Shown: positions 1 through 10,769, counted from the stretch's first letter. The stretch: 64,000 nt of DNA from an uncultured Saccharospirillaceae bacterium (GCA_950054195.1 CATLPG010000010.1:622-64621); one strand, 5' to 3'. Notes: a model not told the origin generated them from the letters alone. Made by a program: numbers and translations.

Positions 1-2210
1 CTTCTAAAGTTATTTCCTTTGTAATTATACCACGTTGGCCTGAATTTCATTACTGTTTCTAACCCATAAGGCAAATCCTTTATATTTTCTTTAAGCCTAA
101 GATCAGAAATATTAGTCCAGCCCGAAACTCCTCCATTCATAAAAACTCCTGACGTACCTGCACTATTAGTTTCTAAACGATAGCCATTAGTAAACTTAGC
201 CATGAGCTGATCACTTGCTGTTGTAGTTGCTGAAGCTCCTAAAATTACTGACCCTGTATGACCTGATGCTATAGTATTGTTGTAACCTCCTGCTATAAAT
301 GAATATCCCCCTAAAGCATGATTCGAAAAGCCTCCAGTAACAACAGCATGTGTCCCCACAGCTTTGTTTCTTTCTCCACCTCCAACAAACGAATAGTCGC
401 CATTAGCACTATCTGAAAAACCTCCTCCAACAACTGAATGAGTACCATCTGCATTATTATATTCTCCTCCTCCTAAAAACGATGCTACACCATTAACAGT
501 ATTGTATTCACCTCCTCCCAAAAAAGACGAAATAGCATTAAGGTCATTATAAGCTCCTGCTCCTAAAAATGAATTATTTCCGTTTAACGTATTATAATAC
601 CCCCCTCCAACGAATGAATACTCTCCAAATGCGGTATCGTTTTGTCCTCCACCTACAAAAGAGTAATCTCCTGCGGAGTTACCCGCTAATCCACCTCCAA
701 CAAAAGAATTAGAACCACTAGCTGTATTGTTTTCTCCTCCAACAATGGATGATACGTTACCTACTGATCGATTGTAAGCGCCAGCCCCAACAAAAGAATA
801 GTCTCCTTCAGCTGTATTGTAATACCCTCCTCCTGCGAACGAATACCCCCCATTAGCTGAATCATTTTGCCCCCCACCTATAAAAGAATAATCTGAAATA
901 ACTTTATTGTCTTGTCCCCCTCCAATAAATGAATAATCTCCACTAGCAGAATTTCTTAATCCGGTTATAACAGATGATAAATTACCAGCAACTGTATTAT
1001 AAGCCCCTGCACCTGCAAAGGAATAATTACCACTTAGGATGGTAAATTCTCCTCCAGCTGAAGCTGAGTAATCTCCATTTACTCTAGCACTCCATCCACC
1101 ACCGACAAATGAATAATCTCCTACGTTAGCATTATCCCATTCAGACCCTCCTACAGCTCCTACTCTAAAGGCTGCTTTACGTGGATACCAAATCATTCTT
1201 GTACCTCCTCCTGATGTTGTTAGTGTATTTCCAGAACCAAAAGTTCCAATTGAAGTAATTAATCCATCATCCTGAACTTGTAGCCTTGGAGTTGCTCCAT
1301 CAGTTAATGCAAAATCTCCTGTTCCATTCATGTTGAACGTCATATTATTCGTTCCTTGAGTAATCGTTGTAGCTTGTGTTAGTGTTCCTCCTAATACAAT
1401 ATCGTTTGCATTATCAGTTAAACCATTTGTAGCAACAACATTTAAGGTTGCGGAACCAGAGGTTGCTCCTCCTACTAATCCATCTCCAGCTATGACATCT
1501 GTTATATCACCAGCAGCTCCTGCTCCTGCAATTGTAATATCTTGACCTGACCTACTCAGCGATATATTACTTCCTTGTAACAATCTAAAGGAGTCTCCAC
1601 TACCTGATATTGTTATCACTTGGGTAGTTCCAGAGTTAGTGACATTTAATGTTTGTGCATCAGTATTTATGGAGGAAATCGGAATGGTTCGAGTGCCTCC
1701 TCCATCAACAAGACGAATATTACCTGCATTAATATCAAAGGTGCTTACAAAATCATCTGTAGAGTCTCTATCTCCAGTATTTACTAAAGTTATCGAAGAG
1801 CCTGATTCAGAGATAGACAACCCTGCTCCAGCTTGAACAATAATACTATCTCCGTTTTCAATATCAATAATAGAAGTATTGGCTGCCCCATTTAATACAT
1901 TTAAATTTTGATTATCGGATAATCCACTATTATTCTCATCTACAAGACAAAACCAAGCTACGCCATTACACATTTTAACACAACTATCAATAACATCATA
2001 TACGATCATACCACTTATGGAAGGATCAGGGGCTATTGCTCCTGTATTTACAATAGGGATAATTAATCCTTTTGTACTGTCTTGTGAAACGATATGTACT
2101 ATAGCTTGCTGATTGGGTTGATTAACTCCAAAGCCATATTGAGCCTTAACTTCTCCAAAAACTGACAGAATAATAATAAAACAAAGAAGTTTAACATATT
2201 TACTCATCAT
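1..2210 (-). CDS. tail-fibre-like secreted repeat protein, 3' end cut by the window edge; its C-terminal S74-type intramolecular chaperone domain starts near position 107
   Basis: Absent from the ORF track because it runs off the left edge. The reverse strand reads ATGATG at 2210..2205, then MMSKYVKLLCFIIILSVFGEVKAQYGFGVNQPN.... This N-terminus is paralogous to 2587..4338. The frame is open for 736 codons down to position 3. It has 14-residue 'GDYSFVGGGxxNxA' repeats (~245..1120) and ends ...GWTNISDLRLKENIKDLPYGLETVMKFRPTWYNY. Confidence 0.8.
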   Translation of the reverse strand, partial: MMSKYVKLLCFIIILSVFGEVKAQYGFGVNQPNQQAIVHIVSQDSTKGLIIPIVNTGAIAPDPSISGMIVYDVIDSCVKMCNGVAWFCLVDENNSGLSDNQNLNVLNGAANTSIIDIENGDSIIVQAGAGLSISESGSSITLVNTGDRDSTDDFVSTFDINAGNIRLVDGGGTRTIPISSINTDAQTLNVTNSGTTQVITISGSGDSFRLLQGSNISLSRSGQDITIAGAGAAGDITDVIAGDGLVGGATSGSATLNVVATNGLTDNANDIVLGGTLTQATTITQGTNNMTFNMNGTGDFALTDGATPRLQVQDDGLITSIGTFGSGNTLTTSGGGTRMIWYPRKAAFRVGAVGGSEWDNANVGDYSFVGGGWSARVNGDYSASAGGEFTILSGNYSFAGAGAYNTVAGNLSSVITGLRNSASGDYSFIGGGQDNKVISDYSFIGGGQNDSANGGYSFAGGGYYNTAEGDYSFVGAGAYNRSVGNVSSIVGGENNTASGSNSFVGGGLAGNSAGDYSFVGGGQNDTAFGEYSFVGGGYYNTLNGNNSFLGAGAYNDLNAISSFLGGGEYNTVNGVASFLGGGEYNNADGTHSVVGGGFSDSANGDYSFVGGGERNKAVGTHAVVTGGFSNHALGGYSFIAGGYNNTIASGHTGSVILGASATTTASDQLMAKFTNGYRLETNSAGTSGVFMNGGVSGWTNISDLRLKENIKDLPYGLETVMKFRPTWYNYKGNNFR

Positions 2211-2414
2211 ATTATACGTTTTTAATGCACTAGTTTGGTTTGCAATATAATGTTTTGAAGTATGAACTTCTATCCTCTAAAACTGTTTTTAACATAAAAT
2301 ATAATGGGGTAAAATGTATTTTAGTTTTCATAAGTTTTACGCTGTATTACTTTTTCTACGAAAAAGTAAAGTTTTCGTTTCATTTATTGATTATAAAAGA
2401 TTAAAAATCTGCCA

Positions 2415-2440
2415 TATCTATATTTCTAGAAATGTAGATA
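2415..2440. repeat. near-perfect 26-bp palindrome centred on CTAG, in the gap between two fibre paralogs
   Basis: TATCTATATTTCTAGAAATGTAGATA; 12 of 13 arm positions are complementary. Function unknown (operator or AT-rich hairpin). Confidence 0.5.
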
Positions 2441-2586
2441 ATTAAATAATACTAATTAGTGTTGAAGGGATTATTTTTTAGGTTGATATTGTGGATATTA
2501 GATATTGTTTAGTATGCAAATTATTTATTTAAAAAAGTTGCTATAAAGCTGTTGTTTTATGAAATTGAATATTTAACAAACCGCTT

Positions 2587-4338
2587 TTAACGTTTAGATT
2601 CTCTCAACTGCTTACGTTGTTCCTCTATTATTTTTCTTTGTTCTTCGATCATTTTTTCTAATCTGCTTACTTCTTCTTCAATCGTTTTTTTAACGTCATT
2701 ATTCATCTTCCTAATTACACTCCTTAACTCTTCGTTTTCTTTTTGATTTTTTTTGATTAGTTCTTGCTGCTCTTGAATGGCCTTAACCATTGGAACCACA
2801 AATTGGGAATAGCTCACACTGTAATTATCTTTTTCAGAATTAGGAAGGTGTACCCCATCGAAATCATAACCAACATCTTTCATGGCAGACTCAACTTCTT
2901 GTGCAATAAAGCCAGAATGCTTGATATTTCTTGATGGCTCATAATTCAATTGACTCATTATTGCCTGTTTTAGAGAATCTTTAACATCGCTCATGAGGAA
3001 TTCATCAAACTTTTTTGTATCAAAATTATACGTTACAGGCCTTAGTTTTAATATAAAATCTAAGCCTACTACTTCACTATCGCTTATGTTTGACTTAAAT
3101 CTACCATCAGATGGAAAGGAATAAGCAACTTGTCCCTCTATGGTAGTTACACTTGCATTTCCAATTCTTACTTTATTGCTTGCATTAATATTACTTAGAG
3201 CTCCTAATGCTGTTGAATTATCAAAACTTGTTCCTGTTGGGAAAGCAAATGCCCCCAATGCTGTATTTAAACCACCATCGGTATTTCCATTCATAGACTC
3301 AAAACCTATGGCTGTATTGTGTTCTCCTACTGTATTATTTTGCAATGCTTCATGACCTAAAGCAGCATTATAAGAGCCAGTTGTATTTAATTCCATACTT
3401 GCAAATCCTAATGCTGTATTAAAACTAGCTGTGCCAACATCGATATCACCATTTGTAATTTCAAGTGCCGCTACCCCTATAGCCACATTTTGTCCTCCTC
3501 CAGTATTTTGGCTTAAACTCAACCCGCCAACAGCTATATTCTCATTTCCATCTACATTACTAAATAAAGCCCCAGATCCTAATGCAGTATTATACGAACC
3601 TACAGTATTGGTATAAAGTGCTCTATACCCAACAATAGTATTATATTCAGCACTTGTACTAGAGTTTCCGGTTTCATACCCTAAGTAAATATTTCCATTA
3701 GCACTTAAATCATCTGCAGCTCCAGCTCCTTCCCCAATAAAAATAGATTCTCCTGAGTTTAAAAACTCTAAAGTTCCTTGAGTTGTAAGTCGTAGTTTAG
3801 TTACATTATTTGTTCGAATAGCCAAACTCTGGTTATCAGTTGTTCCTAAGAAGTCTGTAGTGGAATTTGTGCCCGTGTTTCCAGATGTTAGCCACCCACT
3901 ATCAAGAACTCCAAAAGTAATTGTGTCTCCAGATTCAGTTAATTCGATATTATTTCCTTCTGAAAGGATAACATTATTACCATTTGAAATTTGGATGATA
4001 GAAGTGTTAGCGTTTCCAACTCCAACACTCAAATCTTGATTATCGGTCAAAATTGTATCATTTTGATCTACTATACAAACCCAAGCTACACCTGTACACA
4101 GTTTTACACAACTATCTACAGGATCGTAAGCTATCATACCCTTGAGAGATGGATCAGGAGCTACAGCTCCTGGTTTTAACATTGGAATAATAAAACCTTT
4201 AGTACTGTCTTCGGACACTATATGTACCATTGAATTTTCGTTAGGTTGGTTTGTACCAAAGCCATATTGAGAGAAAATTTCACTTGAATTTAATAACAAA
4301 AGAGTCACAATAAGGGGTATAAAAAATAGTTTTTTCAC
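2587..4338 (-). CDS. tail fiber domain-containing protein (signal peptide, YadA-head-like repeats, S74 intramolecular chaperone domain, coiled coil)
   Basis: 583-aa ORF with signal peptide MKKLFFIPLIVTLLLLNSSEIFSQ. Repeats of type 'NTALGxxALxxNTxGxxN' lie at ~3170..3700. The 'SDGRFKSNI' junction has its Ser at 3111..3109 and is followed by 'GFIAQEVE'. The K/E/Q-rich heptad tail covers 2590..2766. Confidence 0.8.
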   Translation of the reverse strand: MKKLFFIPLIVTLLLLNSSEIFSQYGFGTNQPNENSMVHIVSEDSTKGFIIPMLKPGAVAPDPSLKGMIAYDPVDSCVKLCTGVAWVCIVDQNDTILTDNQDLSVGVGNANTSIIQISNGNNVILSEGNNIELTESGDTITFGVLDSGWLTSGNTGTNSTTDFLGTTDNQSLAIRTNNVTKLRLTTQGTLEFLNSGESIFIGEGAGAADDLSANGNIYLGYETGNSSTSAEYNTIVGYRALYTNTVGSYNTALGSGALFSNVDGNENIAVGGLSLSQNTGGGQNVAIGVAALEITNGDIDVGTASFNTALGFASMELNTTGSYNAALGHEALQNNTVGEHNTAIGFESMNGNTDGGLNTALGAFAFPTGTSFDNSTALGALSNINASNKVRIGNASVTTIEGQVAYSFPSDGRFKSNISDSEVVGLDFILKLRPVTYNFDTKKFDEFLMSDVKDSLKQAIMSQLNYEPSRNIKHSGFIAQEVESAMKDVGYDFDGVHLPNSEKDNYSVSYSQFVVPMVKAIQEQQELIKKNQKENEELRSVIRKMNNDVKKTIEEEVSRLEKMIEEQRKIIEEQRKQLRESKR

Positions 4339-4490
4339 AGCTGTTTTTTTAACAAATGTTATTTCAAATAGAAATATAAACTTTTTTGATGAATCAGCCT
4401 TCTTTTGTTCTAAACAAAATTTTATGTCTAAATAAATATCAAACCTCTTCTAACAGTACTAATATTCAACAAAATGGGTGCTAGTGGCAT

Positions 4491-6062
4491 TTATTCAGAT
4501 TTGAAAACAGCTTTACCTTTTATATAAGTAGCAAGGACCTGAGTCTCCATGATTTCATCTTCTGGAGCTGTGATGATATCTCTTGAAAGTATAATAAAAT
4601 CAGCTTCTTTACCTATTTCTAGTGAACCAATAGCTGAATCTTGATGTTGGGCTATTGCATTCCAATACGTCATTGCTTTCAAGGCTTTGATTCGCCCTAT
4701 TTTTTCATTTTCTAAATAAGCTTTTGGGCCATCTTTTGGCTTCCTCACTACAGCTGAATAAAATGTTTTGATTGGGTTTATTTCTTCTACTGGAAAATCC
4801 GTACCAAAAGCTATCATACCGTTTTGATCTAACAATGTTTTTAATTGATAAGAATCTGTTAAACGATTAGCTCCAATTTTACTTTCTACCCAAGATTCAT
4901 CTGACAGACCATGAGAAGGTTGAACAGATGGTAAAATAGAGTATTTACTTAAATTGTTTACATCATTAGGGTGAGTCATTTGAGCATGTTCAATTCTCCA
5001 CCTTAAATCGTTTGTTCTTTCCAAAACCTCTCCCATTCCTTCACTCACTAATCTAAATGCTCCATCACCTATGGCGTGTACATTCAATTGGAAACCTGTT
5101 TCTTTACATAGCTCAGCTAATGCTATCAAACTATCTTTTGTTATTAGTAAATTTCCTTTTTGAGATTGATTAAGGTAGTTTTCTAATAAATAAGCAGTTG
5201 AAGAACCTAATGCACCATCTGCAACAAGTTTAAATGAACGTATGGTTACCTTATCACCTTGATAAACTCCTTTGTAAGCATCTTCCATTGTTTCTGGTGA
5301 TGGTTTTAGCATTCCATATACCCTAATTTTTAATTGATTTTCTTGGTCTAGGTATTTGTAAAGTTCGGCTTCATCTTTGGTTATACCTGCATCTGTTACT
5401 GAAGTAAGTCCTAACTTAACACAAGCATCTTGTGCATAACGAACAGCTTGCTTTTTTTGCTTGCGTGTGTAAGTGACTTTTGATAAAAAGAAATTAATTT
5501 GTTCATCGTTTAACACGCCATTTTTTATCTCAGCATCAGGGAACACCTCACTTAAGGCATTCTCGCTTACAATCATTTTATGTCCATCGATATACCATAT
5601 GTATATTTTATGAGTGGGGAATTGAGTGTTTAATGCATTAAATAATTTATCATTAGGTAATGTATTTGATAAACCATAACCCATTATCCAATCTTGGCTG
5701 GGTTTATCTTTTATAAAACCTGATAAGCTCGCTTCAATTTGCTCTACCGTTTTAGAATCTTTTAACGAAACCCCTTGGGCATTTAGTCCATAGCCTAACA
5801 AATGAGCATGTGCATCAATAAAACCTGGATAAATTGGATTTGTTTGAGCATCTAAAAATTGATCTGCACGAAACCTATTTTTCATTTCATGCTCCTTGCC
5901 TATTGCGATAATCTTACCATCTTTAATCGCCATTGCTTGTGCTATTTCAAACTCTGGATTTACGGTATATATTTTGGCGTTATGAACAACTAAATCTGCC
6001 TTTTCGAGCTTTACACACGAGCAAAACAATACAATAAAGAATAAGAAAAGTTTATTTCCCAT
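4491..6062 (-). CDS. amidohydrolase family protein (Amidohydro_3/YtcJ-like metal-dependent hydrolase), probable lipoprotein
   Basis: 523 aa. N-terminal 'LFCSC' lipobox-like signal, 'PGFIDAHAHLLGYG' HxH metal motif, and later 'NVHAIGD' and 'FGTDFP' motifs typical of the family. Confidence 0.75.
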   Translation of the reverse strand: MGNKLFLFFIVLFCSCVKLEKADLVVHNAKIYTVNPEFEIAQAMAIKDGKIIAIGKEHEMKNRFRADQFLDAQTNPIYPGFIDAHAHLLGYGLNAQGVSLKDSKTVEQIEASLSGFIKDKPSQDWIMGYGLSNTLPNDKLFNALNTQFPTHKIYIWYIDGHKMIVSENALSEVFPDAEIKNGVLNDEQINFFLSKVTYTRKQKKQAVRYAQDACVKLGLTSVTDAGITKDEAELYKYLDQENQLKIRVYGMLKPSPETMEDAYKGVYQGDKVTIRSFKLVADGALGSSTAYLLENYLNQSQKGNLLITKDSLIALAELCKETGFQLNVHAIGDGAFRLVSEGMGEVLERTNDLRWRIEHAQMTHPNDVNNLSKYSILPSVQPSHGLSDESWVESKIGANRLTDSYQLKTLLDQNGMIAFGTDFPVEEINPIKTFYSAVVRKPKDGPKAYLENEKIGRIKALKAMTYWNAIAQHQDSAIGSLEIGKEADFIILSRDIITAPEDEIMETQVLATYIKGKAVFKSE

Positions 6063-7074
6063 GTAACATAATGTCCATTTGATTACTCAATATCTCCCCC
6101 ATACTTTTACAAACGCTAAATGAGTCTGTACTATGATGCTCATTTAATTCTTCCTTAAGCTGCTTCATTTTTTCTGGGGTTGAAATTTTATCTACTTTCA
6201 TGCAGTTAATCAATCTTTTCATCTTTTTTTCAGAAGAATGATACCTTTTTTTGATTAGCGTGCGCTCTTCGAGCTGGTATTGATAGGTAGTTTCTGCATT
6301 CATTGTATCAATACAAAACTGAACGATTGGATAGTTCTCCACAAAGAACTGTGATAAGTACATTTTTTTATTCCCTTCGTAACATTGTTGATCAAAATCA
6401 ATTGCTCGTACACGGTATTGTTCTGCATCAAAATCTGGTGTTACATCAATTACATAATTGTATGATCTCATATCTCCTAACAGCTTTACAAAACAACGTT
6501 CATTGAACTTGATAAACTCTTTGGCCAACCTTACTTTGTTTAAGGAGTCACGATTTAAATCGTATTTAATAAATTGATCTCCTGGTATGCCAGAAATATG
6601 CTCCTCAATGAGTGTATCTTCATCAACTAAGTAATTGATTCGGTTTGGAGAAAGAATATGCTCTAACTCTAAACCATAAATACGTGATGCATCTACCTTT
6701 TTTACGTAAAAATAATCGTAGTTATCGTTAAATTGATTAATAATTCGAACACGAAAGGGCTTTGAGTTTCCAAAAGTACAATAATCAATGCGATCAACTT
6801 TTAAATGAGGCATTGCTGTTGTATCTCCCTCCATTTTAAGCATGAGATACATATATGTTAAGTGCTCATTAATTTCTTCCCAAGCATAAGGATCGTACAT
6901 TAATGTTTCCCAAAGTGTATCGTTTCCTTTCAAATCTTCTAAAGGAAAACTTCCTTTAGATTGTAGAAGATCTTCGTATTTTATTGGAATTTCTTGCTGT
7001 CTATCAAAATCAATTAAGTATTTAGAAAGTTTTTTTTTAACTGGATAAAAAGGCTTTTTTTTAGAGATAATCAT
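6052..7074 (-). CDS. conserved hypothetical protein with protein-kinase-like motifs
   Basis: 340-aa ORF that overlaps the downstream gene by 11 nt, suggesting an operon. Motifs are 'FYVKK', 'LLGDMRSYNYVID' (D-x4-N catalytic-loop-like) and 'AIDFDQ' (DFG-like). See findings. Confidence 0.6.
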   Translation of the reverse strand: MIISKKKPFYPVKKKLSKYLIDFDRQQEIPIKYEDLLQSKGSFPLEDLKGNDTLWETLMYDPYAWEEINEHLTYMYLMLKMEGDTTAMPHLKVDRIDYCTFGNSKPFRVRIINQFNDNYDYFYVKKVDASRIYGLELEHILSPNRINYLVDEDTLIEEHISGIPGDQFIKYDLNRDSLNKVRLAKEFIKFNERCFVKLLGDMRSYNYVIDVTPDFDAEQYRVRAIDFDQQCYEGNKKMYLSQFFVENYPIVQFCIDTMNAETTYQYQLEERTLIKKRYHSSEKKMKRLINCMKVDKISTPEKMKQLKEELNEHHSTDSFSVCKSMGEILSNQMDIMLHGK

Positions 7075-7080
7075 TTCGAT

Positions 7081-9063
7081 TTATTTATTGTCTCCAACTG
7101 AATAAAGCACTTTTTCATTAATTGTAATTGGGTACTTTTCTTTAAGCTCTTTAATCCACTCTTTTTCTAATTGGTTTTGATAATCAGAAATAACCATACC
7201 TCTTGTATCCTCAAGTTTTTTAGGCTCTGGATCAATAAGACGATGAACCTTGATAAAATAGAATTTGTTATCCAGTTTGTACGGTCCGTTTACTCCCACT
7301 TTTAACTTTTTATCCTTTAGTTCTTCTTTCTCTTCAATTTCGTAAATATCGGAGTCTAAATTTAAGTTTAGTTCTGATGTTTGGTTACTTTCCTTTAAGA
7401 TTTCATTTCCATTTTTACCGCTATTTGCCATACTCATTGCCTTTTTGATTATATCCTCTTCGTTTGAAGTATAAATCTCAACATCAGCTCGCTTACTCCA
7501 CATATAATCGTTTTTATTGGCTTCGTAGAATGCCTTAAGACCAGTAGTATCCCGAGATGCTTTTTTCCAAACTTTTTGATCTGTTAGTTCGAATAAAAGT
7601 ATGCCATCCTTGTACTCCTTCATTAAAGCTTTGTACTCTGGGTACTTCACTTCTAAACGTGAACGTTCAAAATCCATTAATGTTCTAGCTACCCATGCAT
7701 CATATTCCTCTTGCACATTAAGCTTTACATTTTTTGTTTTGTTTATTAGCAAATCAATAAAGTCACCAGCATACACTTTTGTCTTCTTAGCTAACCAACC
7801 TCCTTTAATGCTATATTTAAAAGCCAAGTTATCGTAGTATTTCTCTATTCTCCCCGAAAAATCCACATCTTCTAATGAGTCTGGTTTTAAGTATTCGTTG
7901 GTTAAATCAACTATCCATTTGTGTGAATAATCTTTAAAATGGTATTCCTTTTTAAGTTTATTAATAAAGCTTGCTTTTGATTTATTGCTTCTGGCATCTT
8001 TAGCAATTTTTCTTGTTAACTCACCTTCCATTTGTTCGAATGGTGGAACTGGCTTATAATCTAAACGTTTAATGATGTGAAACCCATATGAACTTCTAAC
8101 AGGTTTAGAGTAATCTCCATTATTTTCTAAAGCAAAAGCAGCTTCTTCAAACTTTGGTAGTAACTTCCCTTCAGAAAACCAATTAAGCTTTCCTCCATTA
8201 GAAGAGGATGTTTTATCTTCTGAATATTTTTTAGCTAAATCACTAAAGTCTTCTCCTTTTTGTAAACGCTGATAGATCTCATCTATTTTACGTTTTGCCT
8301 GAGCCACTTCTTTTTCTGATGTGTTTTCAGGAGCTTTGATGTAAATATGAGCCGTTAAGATTTGTCCCCTTGTTTTTCTTTGATCATCTACTTTAATTAA
8401 ATGATAACCAAAACGTGTTTTTACAGGCTCAGAAACCTCTCCAACTTTAGTATTAAAGGCTGCTTCTTCAAAAGGATAAACCATTTGAAAAGCTCCAAAA
8501 TAACCTAAGCTTCCTTTTCCAGTTTTTGCTGATGGGTCTTGAGAATATTTAACAGCAGCATCTTCAAATGATATTCTTCCAGAAACAATCTCGTCTCTAA
8601 TTGAGTTAATTTTATCAAGTTCTGCTTGTCCTGCTGGCTTTGGATTTCTCGATGCTTCCTTCGCATTAACATCTTGGATAAGTATGTGCGATGCTTTTAT
8701 TTGATTGGTTGTTCTGAAATAAGCATCGCGAACAAGTTGCTCGTTTACTTCTTTATCTGTTAAGTAAGGCTCTGATAATTGTTCTCTATAACCTGCCAAT
8801 TCTCGTTGAAACTTGGAAATAGTGTCCATCTTCAAATTCTCAGCCTCAGTAACTTTAAGCTTATACTTAATGAATAAGTCCATGTACTCATCTAAAGAAG
8901 CCTTATCATACTTTGGGTTCGGATTATTTTTGGTATAAATAGCAATAAATTCTGATTGATGAACATCATTACCATCAACCGTCATTAAAACTGGATCTTT
9001 TTGAGACTTCAATGATAAGCTAACGAATACTGCGAAAGCTAAAAAAAGTGACTTCTTCATCAT
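7081..9063 (-). CDS. peptidylprolyl isomerase, parvulin type (SurA/PpiD-like periplasmic chaperone)
   Basis: 660 aa with a signal peptide. Two parvulin domains are visible: 'ASHILI...FGYHLIKV' and 'TAHIYI...YGFHIIKR'. Confidence 0.8.
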   Translation of the reverse strand: MMKKSLFLAFAVFVSLSLKSQKDPVLMTVDGNDVHQSEFIAIYTKNNPNPKYDKASLDEYMDLFIKYKLKVTEAENLKMDTISKFQRELAGYREQLSEPYLTDKEVNEQLVRDAYFRTTNQIKASHILIQDVNAKEASRNPKPAGQAELDKINSIRDEIVSGRISFEDAAVKYSQDPSAKTGKGSLGYFGAFQMVYPFEEAAFNTKVGEVSEPVKTRFGYHLIKVDDQRKTRGQILTAHIYIKAPENTSEKEVAQAKRKIDEIYQRLQKGEDFSDLAKKYSEDKTSSSNGGKLNWFSEGKLLPKFEEAAFALENNGDYSKPVRSSYGFHIIKRLDYKPVPPFEQMEGELTRKIAKDARSNKSKASFINKLKKEYHFKDYSHKWIVDLTNEYLKPDSLEDVDFSGRIEKYYDNLAFKYSIKGGWLAKKTKVYAGDFIDLLINKTKNVKLNVQEEYDAWVARTLMDFERSRLEVKYPEYKALMKEYKDGILLFELTDQKVWKKASRDTTGLKAFYEANKNDYMWSKRADVEIYTSNEEDIIKKAMSMANSGKNGNEILKESNQTSELNLNLDSDIYEIEEKEELKDKKLKVGVNGPYKLDNKFYFIKVHRLIDPEPKKLEDTRGMVISDYQNQLEKEWIKELKEKYPITINEKVLYSVGDNK

Positions 9064-9115
9064 TTAAAAATATTTAAAAATTAGAAACGGATTTGAATTT
9101 ACATTATTATTCGGT

Positions 9116-10585
9116 TTATTTCAAACTATAATTAGGAGCTTCACTTGTTATTGCAACATCATGCGGGTGACTCTCCCTCATGCTAGCAGCGGTAATTTTA
9201 ATAAACTGGGCATCATTTTTTAGTGTTTCAATATCTTTTGCACCACAATACCCCATTCCAGATCTTAATCCACCAGCTAGTTGATGCATTACTTCGCTCA
9301 AATGACCTTTATAGGGAACTCTTCCAGAAATTCCTTCTGGAACAAGTTTTTTGTCATCACTTTCAGAAGCTTGAAAATAACGATCTTTAGACCCTTTTTT
9401 CATTGCTTCTAAAGACCCCATCCCCCTATAGGTTTTAAATTTTCTTCCTTGATAAATAACTGTTTCTCCTGGGGATTCTTCTACACCTGCAAACATGCTT
9501 CCAAGCATTACACTACTAGCTCCAGCAGCTATTGCTTTTACTAAATCACCTGTAAACCGTATACCTCCATCTGCAATAACTGGAACTCCGGTTCCTGCCA
9601 ATTCTTCAGCTACATCCATAACAGCCGATAACTGAGGCACACCAACACCTGCTATTATTCTTGTTGTACAGATTGAGCCAGGACCTATACCAACTTTTAC
9701 AGCATCCGCTCCATTATCCACTAGTATTTTTGCAGCTGCTGCTGTGGCTATATTACCAACTATTACTTCTAAATCAGGATAGTTTTGTTTTACTTCTTTT
9801 AATTTGTCAACTACACCTTGAGAATGGCCATGAGCAGTATCAATAACTATAGCGTCTACACCCGCATCATACAAAGCTTTCACTCTGTCTAGCGTATCAT
9901 CAGTTACACCAACTGCCGCAGCAACTCTTAATCTACCGTATGTATCCTTACATGAGTTTGGGTGCTCTTTTACCTTTATAATATCTCTAAAAGTGATTAA
10001 ACCTGTTAGCTTATTGTTCTCATCAACAATTAGTAATTTTTCAATCTTATTTTTTTGTAAGATTTGCTCAGCTTCTGACAAGTCTATTTTTTGCTTTGCA
10101 GTTACCAAATTAGTTGAAGTCATTACCTCAACAATAGATTTAGACAAATCTTTTTCAAATCTCAAATCTCTATTAGTAACAATTCCTTTTAATGTTTTAT
10201 TACTATCTACTACTGGTATTCCCCCTATTCCATGTTCACGCATTAAGTTTAAAGCATCTCCAACTAACGAACTCTCGCTAATTGTTACAGGATCTTGAAT
10301 CATTCCACTTTCAGACCTTTTTACTTTTCTAACTTCAGTAGCTTGTTCTTGGATAGACATGTTTTTATGAATAACACCTATACCTCCTTGTTGAGCGATA
10401 GCAATTGCTAGTTTAGACTCTGTAACCGTATCCATTGCAGCTGAAACAACAGGAGTATTTATGGTTATATTTCTCGTAAACTTAGAAGTTAAAGAAACTT
10501 CCCTAGGTAAAACATTTGAATAAGCTGGAATAAGAAGAACATCATCGTAAGTTAATCCTTCTTTGACTATTTTAGATTGTTGCAT
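9116..10585 (-). CDS. guaB: IMP dehydrogenase
   Basis: '[14 protein letters not shown]' N-terminus, a CBS pair, the '[11 protein letters not shown]' catalytic Cys loop and 'GGIRFTGD'. The ORF track starts at 10651, but the ATG at 10585 ([15 protein letters not shown], 489 aa) fits the family N-terminus. Confidence 0.9.
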   Translation of the reverse strand: MQQSKIVKEGLTYDDVLLIPAYSNVLPREVSLTSKFTRNITINTPVVSAAMDTVTESKLAIAIAQQGGIGVIHKNMSIQEQATEVRKVKRSESGMIQDPVTISESSLVGDALNLMREHGIGGIPVVDSNKTLKGIVTNRDLRFEKDLSKSIVEVMTSTNLVTAKQKIDLSEAEQILQKNKIEKLLIVDENNKLTGLITFRDIIKVKEHPNSCKDTYGRLRVAAAVGVTDDTLDRVKALYDAGVDAIVIDTAHGHSQGVVDKLKEVKQNYPDLEVIVGNIATAAAAKILVDNGADAVKVGIGPGSICTTRIIAGVGVPQLSAVMDVAEELAGTGVPVIADGGIRFTGDLVKAIAAGASSVMLGSMFAGVEESPGETVIYQGRKFKTYRGMGSLEAMKKGSKDRYFQASESDDKKLVPEGISGRVPYKGHLSEVMHQLAGGLRSGMGYCGAKDIETLKNDAQFIKITAASMRESHPHDVAITSEAPNYSLK

Positions 10586-10769
10586 TAAACTGTTTTTAGG
10601 TGTCTTTTTAATGCCCTCAAAGATAGTAAATACTTTTCTATAAAGCATCATATTAACCCGTGATTAACGCTGAGTTTTGAAAGAACTTGTAAAGCAACCT
10701 TTTTAATTAGTTATTCGTTTATCTTGTAATAATTTACTGGTATATTTATTTCATAAAAATTTATTTGTA

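Noticed and set aside
4403-4420. TTTTGTT-cta-AACAAAA hairpin whose right half (cTAAACAAAAT) resembles the light-cluster operator half-site
   Set aside because: Only one half-site is present, with no partner arm at N17. It lies between the amidohydrolase and fibre genes and is probably a weak AT-rich hairpin or a chance match.
9993-10298. Plus-strand ORFs inside guaB, and similar short ORFs opposite the PPIase, aminopeptidase, hutU, fahA and adhesin genes
   Set aside because: All lie antisense to or inside genes with unambiguous family motifs. They are typical AT-rich-genome shadow ORFs.
10586-10651. N-terminal extensions in the ORF track (guaB 10586..10651; fahA 38631..38750; aminopeptidase 25936..25962)
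   Set aside because: The internal ATGs give N-termini matching the respective families (IMPDH '[11 protein letters not shown]', fumarylacetoacetase length, lipoprotein signal). The extensions would run through promoter or operator sequence.
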